This document shows positions 26,143-37,732 of a stretch of 64,000 bases of DNA, piece by piece (the stretch's first letter is position 1; the number at the start of each line of letters is the position of its first letter). The stretch comes from Halocafeteria seosinensis (Eukaryota): positions 124,001 to 188,000 of the forward strand of contig LVLI01000140.1 of the NCBI GenBank assembly GCA_001687465.1, in the 5' to 3' direction. Under the pieces are notes generated by a model, which saw only the letters and a program-made list of their open reading frames with translations, did not search any database and was not told the origin of the DNA. The position numbers and the translations under genes are program-made.

Positions 26143-28741
26143 TCAGAAGTACTCCTCCTCCTCTTCACTGTCGGAATCTTGAAAGGCAAAGTCCTCATCG
26201 GCACTAGGGAGTTCCGAGGAGTCTTCTCGCTGAGCACCTTCATTCTCGGAAACTTCTTGCTCACGCCTCTGGGCTGCGGGACTCGCATAAACCGTATCCG
26301 ATATACCGCTAGCTTCATGGTTTCGGTTCAGATTGTCAGTTTCTGATTCCTCCTCCCCACCAGCTTGGAGCTGATAGTCGTTCATTCCAACCTTGGCACT
26401 CTGAGATGCCTCTCCGAAGTTTTCGTGGTCGGCCCCATACTCTGCGTGGCTGCCGTATTCAGAACCAGAGGGTCCAACACTCCGACCATCCGAATCATAC
26501 ATGTGCCATTCTTCATCCTCTCTTTGGAACTCATTTTGTCTGATTCCTGTAGCCTCCTCCATTGAAGAATGCGGGGCAGCATCATCAGACTCGGCCTCAT
26601 TCTTTGGCAGTTCGTTCCGGACTGCGGGCTTGGACACAGAGGTCATATTTACAAGCTCCGAATGTATGCGCTCAATTTCATCATTCATTTCATCTGTAAA
26701 CGTCGTCTCAGCCAGGAAACTTAATTCTTCTTTGACATAGTCGTACCCTTCCCGGAGAAAAGCAGCCATAGGCTGTACTTTTTCCTTGGTCAACTTCTTG
26801 ACGGTGTCAAGTTTCTTTCTCAACTTGGTGACTTTCTCGTCCTGCTTCGAATTTGCGCTTTTTATTTTATTATTTTCGTCTCTCAGCTGTTCGATAGTAG
26901 CATTGCTCTCACGCTGGGACTTCCTCAAATAATCTAATTCCTCTTCCATCTGCCTCGTGTCAGACGTCCGAGACACTTCGGCTTCGCTGGACTGGTAGTA
27001 TTTCTCCAGCAAACTAGAATATTTCTCCTCCAACGTTTCATATGATTCCTGTTATAACAAATAGGTAAAATGACCAGTTTTCATGGGTCTTTGTAGAAGC
27101 AGGCAAATGGACTAACCTGGTACGCAGCAAGTTCCGAGGCATAGTTCTCCTGCACTTTGGTAGATGATAAAGAACTTAGGACACAATCAATGGTATGAAA
27201 TCGCATATCATCATTACCTTAATGGTTTCTTCATTGGCATTAACTTGATGCTGCAAAAAGAAAAATAAGCAAAATCTAGCGTCAATGATTATTTGCCCGC
27301 AAACAAGAGCTCCTGGTTACCTTTAAAGAGCTTATCTGTCGTTCATAGCGCTCCTGCGAAACAGATGCTTATCTTAGCACACCACAAGGCCCTTGGGGAT
27401 AGCTTAACCATGTTTTCACATACAAGTTTTGCCTCCAGATCGCCAACTTTCTGCTCCGAATAGTAAAGCTTTCTCTCATACATTTCTTCTTCTTTCCTTT
27501 TGTTCTGCTTCAGTTCTTGGTACTTATTCTTTAACTTTTCATGAGACTTAGTTTGACTTTCCGCTTGTCGCTTCAATTCATCAATTTCCTCATATTGCTC
27601 GCTAAGTTTCGCCTCTTTTTCTGAGAGCTCTTGCTCAAGTTTTTCAATCTGCATACGTAGCGTCCTTTCATAAGTCGGAAGACCTTACAGGACACAAGTA
27701 CTTACCTCGTCCTGAGGAAAGAGAGAAGGCAAAGTCGTGAAGTCCAATGTTTTCGTTTGGGCAGAGTTTATAGTTTTCTCAAACGTACTCTCCGGTGTGG
27801 TGTCTTGTTGTGGCTTTGATTCCACTGCACCGCTTTCCTCTGCGCGAATATTGGGCAGCGTGCCCCCTCTAGAAGTAGCGCTTATCACCTTGCTGCGATA
27901 ATTCGAGTGTAGAGCATTTGATAGTTCCTCATTTTTCTGTAGAAGGAGCTTATTGTGCTCCTCAAGCTCGGTACACCTTTGTTTCAGCTCGGCTAACTGC
28001 AATAGCGAATCGACGGTATTGCAATATTACGAACGGAATCCTAAGACTAGGTTTAGCCTACCATTTCCTGGTCCTCTTCGGATGTTTCAGTCGCGAAACG
28101 CTTTGGAGCACCAATCCCCTTCCGCAGAAGCATATCATCTATTTGTTCTGAGGTCATTTCAGTCATGGTCGTTAAGTTCCGTCGTAATATTTCATTTGTC
28201 TTCTGTTGGTTGCGTAGCTGCAGAATTCCCAGAAGCGTGGCGGAAGTGCTATCTCGAGCGATAACCAAATGCCATATAGCCCAGCGGGATGAAGGCCCTC
28301 ATTGAGCCAGGAACTTACCTCTTTCGTCAATTTCTGAATATATCGACTGCGCTTATCTTCTCGTTGCGCAGCTTGAAGGAATGCTACTTTCTGTTTCAGG
28401 TGGTTTACAGATTTCATGAGCGCCCTCTCTTTCTGTTGGTGCATCGCTGACAGCTGCTCATACAGCGTATCCTGAGGCTGCGATGCAGCATATTCCCCCA
28501 TATATCCGGCAGATGTCCTAGCTGAGTCCATTTTCTGCTCCGGCAATGAGTGTCCTGTTTGACCAGAATGTTGAACCACTGCTGTATGGGAGGTCGATCG
28601 TTTCCCAGAGTCATATACCGCGGACCTCTGATACGTCGGAATCCCCACAGAGCTTGTCGACGTTGTCTCTTGGGTGGAATACGTCCTATGCCTGCTACCA
28701 GCGGCGGCAGCTCTGGAAGCTGCGCTGGAGCTTGGTCGCAT
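26143..28741 (-). CDS. Long coiled-coil protein with acidic C-terminal tail, unknown function
   Basis: Several E/K/Q-rich ORFs linked by GT-AG introns, including three 33-nt exons. Confidence 0.8.
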
Positions 28742-29179
28742 CACAGGGTATTCATTGGTATGCAAACTTAATTTCTAATTCTAACTAGGCACAATAGTGT
28801 CGCTTGGACTATTTGCTAAAGATCAATGAAGAAAGCAATGGTTCATTGCTTCCAATCGCCGCATGCAGTTTATAACATCAGTGTGAAGATGAGCAGAAGC
28901 GGCCGTTAAAGCACTTCCGGGATGGATTTGCCCGCTGGGACCCTGGTCTATGGAGCAATATTATCCGGCAGATCTCAGTACTTGGGGCGAATTACCATGT
29001 GAAAGAGTGTCCATTTATTTCACAGACTTAATACCCAGGTAGTTTCAAGAAATGCATCTCTGTACAAGTCTGTAACGTACAACACAACGTCGGCAGCGTC
29101 GTACTAAACACAAGACAAGAATGCTTAACAAAAACTATACAACATCGATGAAAACTGTACAATATGCCCGAAATTCAAC

Positions 29180-30911
29180 TTATGGGACATTACATGCAAC
29201 ACCAGCAAGAGTGGCCAAGGGTCCTGCAGTTGATAGGGGGGCTACTTCGCAATACTGTCGCTGAGAGGTTTGCTGCTGAATCAAAGGAGGCACAGGATCT
29301 TCCTCGTGTCTTCTCGTACCCACGAAGTGCCCAGCATAACGACCAGCAGGAGGAATAATGTCTGTCATCTGCGCCTTGGCTGGAAACGCAGTACCCTCAG
29401 GTTCTTCGCCAGAAGCAGAGCGCTTTCGCGCAGCATGTAGAAAGCCTGAAGCAGAAGCTTGTGGCAATTTCTTTATGTGAGTCCTGTAACTTGCTTTCAT
29501 CTCGCTTATGCGACAGCTAAGAATCTTGCCATTGCGTCCATAGCAACGCCGGGCAGCTTGCCCAACATTTTTCGAGGCTCTCAAGACTGGTGCCTTGGTG
29601 TGAAGGTTCAAGACTTGCAAGTAACTCAGGAAAGGAATAGGAGGTTGCGGCGAATTAGCATCTACGAAGCGCTGAAGGAAATCTTTGTAGGAGTACACTT
29701 GTACGTCTTCCGGGTCCCACGTAGGTAGGATATCGTTTGCTTTCGCCGGTAGATCACCTCCACACTCACAGTCGAAGAACTCGCGAACAACATCTTTGCC
29801 GTAAAGATGTTCAAGAGTCTCAGTAACAGCAACACCCTCCGTAATTGGCCCATTCTCGACCTTCTTCAAGTCGTAAAGGGCATGCGCGAGACATGCGCCA
29901 CAGTTTATGCATGCTAGAAAATCTCCCTGTGAACCGAATTTATGCATGAAGAACGTCTTGATGCAATGCTTCTTGTAAACGAACACCTGATCTTCCTCAG
30001 GATTCAATCCGCTTGCGGCTGCGTCGCCGAATCCTTTCTGGAGGACTCCAGAAGGGGGAGAAGTTGCAGGTGACACAGATTTTTGGCGCTGATAATCCTT
30101 CAGTACACTATGAGGCAAAAGCCTTCGTTTTTTCATGTGATAGAAAGTCCCAGCTATACTCCTCACAAAGTGCTTGTTGACACGTTCCTCTGGAAGTCGT
30201 CCAGTGCCCGTCAAGGAAAACAACGGCGGTCCTCCTATTCCTTTCGTCTGAATACGAGGAAGTCCCCTTACGTTGGCTCTAACACACCGTAGCGGTTTAT
30301 TAAGAGATTCCATCCGAGTTTTGATCGTCTTTTCTGGGCTAGTGTTATCTTCCATCATTTCGACATGCCCCTTGTAGCCTTCTTCAACATTGCTGAGGGC
30401 ATAAGCGTGGATTACGCCAAATCTCATGTAGGATCTTCGTCCCGATTGGCCGACATTTTTCGATGCTGCAGTCAAGAAAGAAAGGAAGGCGATAACAATA
30501 AGCTTAGAAATCTGTCTGAAAAAGAGGATGGAAAAACATACCATGGAGGGCTGATCGGCTAGTGTGTAAGTTGAACGTGCACGAGAGCTGCTTCAGACAC
30601 TTCACTTCCTCTGCGTTCTTGGAACTAGTCGAGCAGCAATCTACATCAAATATTTCTCTGATGATGTCTGGTACCGCGTGGACAGTGTAATTGCGCTCAT
30701 TCACCCATACACCTTGGCTTGTAGCCCCCAAATCGTTCTCTCCTCCACAAATGCTGTAGGCCAGGCACGCTCCGCATTTTGTACAAGCAAGAAATTTGGT
30801 CACACCGTCCCCCTGTTTGATACCAAAGATCAATATATGATGGTCCCGGTGAACGATGGGCTCATTTGCCAGGCAATGTGCGCGTTCAGGGTGAACGGGG
30901 CTGTGGCTCAT
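29180..30911 (-). CDS. Unknown protein with a tandemly duplicated CxxCGACL / ASKNVGQ domain
   Basis: Two ORFs joinable through an intron of about 85 nt (30600-30516, weak donor GTGTCT). Clear internal two-fold repeat at the protein level. Confidence 0.75.
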
Positions 30912-32167
30912 TGTTCTTGTGACCAGCAAAAAGGAGCCAGCTTGCACGCGAACAGGTGTTGGACCGTCTCCTTGTGAAAACCGTGTTCTGCAGCCATAAA
31001 TTAAGTAAATAATTGTTATCAAGTAAAAGCACAGGAGAGTTTGAACTGTATAGCACAGTGCAACGCGTTGCATCAACTGAAAAAGCGTGAACTAGCACCG
31101 CTAGCCGTTTCGTCGACCGACTACCGAGGCCCTCTGAGGGGGCCAAGACATACTTTCACCCCAATCACCACAATATCCCAGTCCCTCTTTCAATGGGGAC
31201 AGTCCAAACTATCCCAAAGACACGGATGATCGTCAATGCAATGCTCCTGAACCCCTATATTACCCTGAACAAGTGAAAAAACCTACTCGGGCAGATCCCG
31301 GACCGGACTCGGCAAAACCGCGCCCCAGCGGACTTTTTCGGCTACAAGCCGCCCAGTTTCGATCCGTGCAGTCCCCATCGATGCCCCTCCCCTTGTGCTT
31401 CCCTTTGGCTTTGACCCCAACTTGGGGCCCTTCGCAGAGCACTAAGCGTCGCTTGCGTATGCAATGCGACATAGGCCAATTATAACGCTCCTATCACGTT
31501 CTCATAATCACCAAATACATGGTCAAATAATTCCTCACGATGAACCCTACTTGGGCTCGTACAGAGACCGAAGCGGAGGGTACTGGGAACGTACCTGTGC
31601 AGCCCAGTTTCGATCCAGCTGCTGGACAGCACGTCGGCCGGCGCGGGGGCTGAACTGGTTTTTAGCCCGTTAGCTAAGAATTTCAGGTCACTAAACGAAG
31701 TCTCTTGTGAATTGCCACTTTCGCTTGCTTGAACAAATGGCTGTTTCTCTTCTTCACGACTACAGTATACAAGTCCTGTCTGATTTTCGTCTGTGGTCGA
31801 TGGAAAACAAACACGGACTGAGTCGGACTCCGTACCCGGGTACGCCGGGACTCGGACAGCTGGGACCGGTGCGCACTCAACTTGAACCCCAAAGATGCTC
31901 CGACCGGACTTTTCGCGGGCGAGAAAACCACCAAACACGAATTTCCCATGAGTATTGAAGTCGAAGCTGTGCTTGGACGTGTGGTACATTGTGGTAGCTA
32001 ATGGCCTTTGTGTTGCTTTCGAGGGGAGTATTGTTTGCCCACGAAAGTGCAAAGGTAAGCCTGACGCGTGCGTGCAAGAGGAAGCCAGAACCCGGACGCT
32101 TGCCTCATTTACGGATGCTCTTCGGCTACAGTTTTTTGGTAAGAGGCGTCTCTTTCAAGGAATCAGA

Positions 32168-33113
32168 ATGGCATCAACAACAGGAGAAGCGGCTGTCGAC
32201 CAGCAACACCACAAACAGCCGGAAAACCCTACAACCGTGAAGGACTTCTACGTGAAAGACATCAAAGGTAGGGCAGCACTTAATTAACCGAATGTGTTAA
32301 ATTGTGTCTCGTACGGACTACTTTTCAAGACTCCAGGTAATGATGTGAAGGTTGGAGACTACCTGGACGGGAAAAAGGCGGCTTTGATTGTTAATGGTAC
32401 GTTTTCTCGCTGAAGTATAATGCTTGTTTCGTGGAGACCAAGTCTCATTCTCCCATTGCAGTGGCGTCGAAATGGTGAGCTGGCAAGACATTACGAACGT
32501 GTCTCAGGAAATTTTAATTTTTCCGTATCTGTGCAGTGGATTCACCAAACAGTACGAAGGTCTACAGAGCTTGTATCAAACATACCAAGACAAGGGCTTC
32601 ACTGTGGTAAGACTTGAACGGGACGACATGGTGTGTCACTCTGGTTTTACTGCTTAATTTCTACTTCTTCAACAGTTAGGATTTCCATGTAATCAGTTTA
32701 TGGGGCAGGAACCGGGAACTGATGAACAAATTCAGGAATTCGCGTGCTCCCGCTTCAAAGTTAGCTTCCCGCTGTTTTCGAAGGTACGAGTCTAATGCCC
32801 CGTAACTAGTTGTACCCAATCTAGATTTTTCTCGTTAACTTGCAGATTAATGTCAATGGAAATGACGCTCACCCCCTGTATGAATACATGAAGAAAGAGC
32901 GCCCCGGGCTGATGGGATCGAAAGGAGTGAAAGTAAGTCCACTTGCGTACGACAGTTCCTCGCACGTGTATTCTGACGTTGCGTGCAATAACTCTGGTAC
33001 AGTGGAACTTTACAAAGTTTCTCGTAGACGGGGAGGGTAAAGTAATAAAGCGATTTTCTCCGAACGACGAGCCGGCTTCACTCGAAAAAGACCTAAAGCC
33101 CCTCCTAGAATAA
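32168..33113 (+). CDS. GPX: Cys-type (non-selenium) glutathione/thioredoxin peroxidase
   Basis: Seven exons give [31 protein letters not shown] and [10 protein letters not shown]. The catalytic codon is TG|T. Confidence 0.93.
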
Positions 33114-33212
33114 CTTGCCACCAATAACTCTGAAGATGATGACACATGAAGACACCGTTGCTGGACTTCCTCCAGAAACATGGAATTGTCTGAGACATAC
33201 ATTGTCGCTCCT

Positions 33213-36200
33213 CTAAATATTGTTGTCAAGACTGTTTGCTGAACTTCCTAAGCGTGTAAGCTCTTGCCGTAACTCGTTTAGCGTCGCTACTTCAGGGAAG
33301 ACACAACGATCATCATACTTCCTGATCAATTTCGTTGTTATGGTTTCATTGTTTACCTCGACATGTCGGGGACTATCCAATTGAAACCCCTGCCGTTCAA
33401 GCCGTACAGCTGCCGCTTCGGACACCATAATTTGCATGGGTATCCCTTTACTCTCCATAGCATTTGCGACGATGGTGTCTTTACCCCATACAAAATACCG
33501 CGGACGTCTCCACCCTATCACTCCGCCCACAGCTGAACCCACATGAATACCAATTCGCATGGTGAAGTCTATTCCTACTTCCGCGGACACATTCATAATC
33601 TCATCTATCATATCTAGTGCATACAACGCAACTTTTCCTGTGTGGTCAAGATCCTTCCCATGTTCGTTTGCATGATCAGCGAAATTTTCCCCTCCAGAAG
33701 ACTCCATTCCCCCAAGAACAATAAATGCGTCTCCTATCGTTTCTACTTTGTACAAGTGGTATTTGTCTAAATGGTAGTCGAAAGCCCGATAGAGTTTGTC
33801 AAGCAGTTTGATCACTTCTTCAGCTTGCAGCTTGCTGGATAGTTCCGTGAATCCGCATATGTCACTATACAGGAAGGTAACTTCCTCGAGTTCTTCTTGC
33901 ACTAATTCCCCTTTCATGAGCTTTTCAGCGTGCCGTTTAGTAGGCAACATGTTTAATAGAAGATTTTGGCACTTCTTATTTTCCGCAACTGCTTCTCTTT
34001 TAGTTAGAAAGAACATTCTGTGTTTCTTCTCCTGCGCGAAGGCAAGGGCAGTTGATATCATACCTGCGTTCAGAGACTCCACTATTAGAGCGGACCTCAT
34101 CAAGGGGTTCAGTCCCGGGGCAAATCCGAAACAAAGGCAAAATACAGAGGTGCCGAACAGATTACTTGCCACTAGCAATCCCAAAGGGTACCAGACATAT
34201 GAAAAACCAATCGTAACCAACATTACAGTGTGAGAGTTAAAGAAGTCCACGTCAAACAAGATGACACTTCCAAGCACTAGGAATGTACTGCATCTCAGTA
34301 TTGCTCCCGAGGTTATCGCATGGGCAGATGACACACTCTTAAAATGTGTAGTCATAGCAGCGAGTCCCAAACACAGGATGTAGGTAAGCAAAAGAACAAC
34401 CAGGGGAATTTGTGTCGACGTAGAGACCTTGCTAGCCTCCATATAGAGGGCAGCACGGAAAAGAACTACAATGGTCAAGAGGCCACTAAACAAACACAGC
34501 CGGAGCAGACTGATAGCCATAGATTGTTCCATCTCGATCCTATACCCTCTCTCAATATCTTTGTCTTTGAAAGCCAGCGTCCAGTGGTTGTGAGGCTTCA
34601 TTTCTACTTGAACGATAGATTCCAGGTCAGGATCTTCGGGTTGAATTCCAAAGAACCTTCCTGCTCTTTTCAAGAAACTTGACGACTTGAAGGCTGAAAG
34701 CTTTTCTTTCCAACTGTTGGATTTGGCTGCTGGTTTCAGTTTTGGAGAGTGTGGTGTTGCGACAAAATCTGTGGTGCTCTTCCTTCTGCTCACTGAGGTT
34801 GTATCCTGCGAGACATCCTTCCGTGCACAAGGAAATATTGGCAGGCTCTTAGTTCGCGTTAATGATGGCTTTACTGTCGGTTCCTCGAAGGTAAGTCTAG
34901 AGGAGCTAAATGCTGTGTTAACTTCACCAAGATTCTTACGAGAGCCGCTCTTACGTAATAGACGCCGTGGAGCTCTATGGCTCTTGAAGATGGATTTTGC
35001 TTTCATTAGAAGAAATGGCACACTTTGAACCTGCTCTAACCCTGAACGTGTTCTTCGGTTTCTAAGATTTTCCGAAGTTCCATTAACGTCTTGCAACCAC
35101 AGAGTCCGTAACTGGCCCTTCCCTTTGACACTTACGACTCCGCGGGGAATGAGGAGCAGTTTGGAAGATTTGGACAAAATTCCGTGAAGAACCTCAGCAG
35201 CGTATTCGGTCAGTTGAATTTTCATTGACTCGCTACTCGAGCACATTCGAGATGCCACATTTACAGTATCTCCAAAAATATGCCAATTTCTCGTCCTCGA
35301 TCCAATCACCCCTCCTGCTACAGGCCCTGAACGTCCCCATATGGAAAGTACAGCAGGGATGCAGCAAACGGAATAGAACACCCAAACGTACCTGAATGAA
35401 TTCCGATACGTATTTTCAGCTTTTCCTCGTGAATCATATACTTCTTTGACCGCACTATACTCAACATTTCATGGGCTATTTTAGCAATCCTCTCAGAATG
35501 ATCAAATGCTTCCACGGGGGCACCTGCTACGCACAGGTACATCTCCGCGATAGCCATAACCTTGTATGCTCCGTACCGTTCACAAACATGATCGAACAAC
35601 GTGTATAGCTCGTTCAGCGTTCGCACGAGATTCATCGATCCTCCGAGGCTACTGAGTCGAGGTAGATCTTCGATGTAACAGAAAAGAACGGTTACTTCGG
35701 GATAGTAGAATGCAATAGACTGATTAACATTCGGGACGAAGTTGGTCGATTCTTCCGTCAACTGGGGAGACAAAACTGGTACAACGGTGGCCTCACTAGT
35801 CAGTGAAAGACTTGGTGCAGAAGGCAATGAAGGCTGCCGTTGAGGTGAACACGCTTCTCTCGACTTGGCCTTGATCGTACCTGCGGTGCTTTCTGTGTGC
35901 GTCGTGGCCTGTGTACAGTCACCATTGGGATTTATTTCAGAGTGATGTGCTTGGGTGTCCCGTTCTGTACCATCATTGGAATCGCTATCCGATGATTCCT
36001 CTATAACACTGGCTTCATTCAAGAATTTCACGCTATCTTCCTTTTGTGTACTCTTTTTCTCCGGAGTGTGGCTCATTTGAAATGCAGAAGTAGCTCGCAT
36101 TGGTTTCCTGCTTTCAACACTATTGTGCTCTCTCGTATGAATCTTTGTGCCACCTGGAACAGCCGTTTGGGATCGCTTCAATGTGTAGAGTTCGTTAGCG

Positions 36201-37276
36201 AGATGAGTCATCGACTTAGTGGTGGAGACACGATGATAATTCTTGAATTCAATACTGCGAATACCATATGGTATTGTTGGCGCTTGGTCATCGTGGTTAT
36301 CCTGAGCCGGAGCCGTTTGCTTTTGGGCCTGCTTCGTGAAACCTTCGGAGCTGGGAACCGACGCGCTCGCTGTGGTCGCAAGTATGTTTTTGATCTTTCG
36401 AGGGAGCATATCATTTAAAAGCTGATGTCTTCTTTTGTTGTCGTGGCTTATATTCACCAGTTGAACAAAATCGTACCTCAGCTTCCTCTCCATGTAAATG
36501 GCCAGAACTGCGGAGCCTACAGTAGCGAAACCCATTGATATGAAATTATCCTGTTTTTCTTGGTACGACAACTCTTCTCCAAAATACAGGCTTAAAACCA
36601 ACACGACAATAAACGCCACTATCGCAATACGGACTACGATCACGGCTACAGGTACCGTCGTATATAGCATAATCAGAAGCAATAGTTCCGTGGCCACGAT
36701 CCAGGTACTACCAGGAGCGTAAAGGAATTCGAACCTATCGTCATCGGCGTCCCAGTACTTTTCTGAAGGCCGATCACTAGAAGATATCGCAATGATGGCT
36801 GCCACAATAAGCAGCTGGGCAGTGAACGAACATAACAGAATAAGCTGAGTGTTGTTCCATGTCCTCTTTCTGTGCTGCGTCTCGGCTAAGAGAACAAAGG
36901 AAACAATATTTATGGATATGGAAATCAGGCGCAGTATAAGCAGCCACTGCCACGTTTCCTCTGCGAATCGTAGTACTGCCTCCAATGTCGTTGTCAATGC
37001 CAATGCGATTGCTGTGGCCAGCGTTGCTAGGCGACCAATTTCTCGAGCTTGCAATTCTGCATATTTATAAAATAATTTCTCCACTCTTTCATCTTTGAAT
37101 CGAAGGTTTAAGCAGGAAGTTCCTTTCGTTTTGTTTTCCAAATGTGTCAATTCCTTCTCTTCACGTTGCTGCCTAGCAGCAATGGGCTGAAGAAGCTTGA
37201 GTGAGTGGTTGTATTCATGTCTGACTAGAGTATCTGAAGTCCAGGCGTCGTGGCCTGGGGCCACCTTTGTTGCCAT
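33213..37276 (-). CDS. Transmembrane class III nucleotidyl cyclase (TM-C1-TM-C2)
   Basis: Two hydrophobic TM clusters, each followed by LLxxMLP and a cyclase domain. A 65-nt intron (35391-35327) restores IGIHSGPVAGGVIG. Confidence 0.92.
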
Positions 37277-37732
37277 ACTTTCGTCTGCGCTGGTCCGGAC
37301 GCTCACTCAAAACATGTGGCCGAACTGCAAGTTGTAACGGACCACTTTCGTGGATTCAACTCGAACTCCTCACCATGTATCGCAGCTGTAAAGTCGTTTG
37401 ACAACGCGTTGCCGGCGCGGGGCGGGGGGTCCCACTGGAACGATGAGCCGTCGTACGCGATCGAATACAACAAATCTTCAAAAAGGACGAAATACTCTAT
37501 TCCGCACATATTTGATACTACCACAAACCTGTGTGATTGTTGCCATGATGGCGCACCGTGTAGCCCGTGGCCTATGGCGTTGTGCGCCACCGTACAAACA
37601 ATTCGTCGACTTTTCCACTCCATCGTAGCGATTCGCAGGTGTTTTAGAGGCTTCATGGCAGAGATTGTTGTTCAGGAAGAAGGATGTAATATAGTTTTTC
37701 GGAAAGTATAGCGACTTGTCCGGATAGTCACG

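Noticed and set aside
31480..32052. 190-aa minus-strand ORF as a gene
   Set aside because: No recognisable motifs, and it overlaps a repeat-like divergent promoter region.
32168..33113. Selenocysteine GPX
   Set aside because: The spliced catalytic codon is TGT. The nearby TGA is part of the intron donor GTGAGC.
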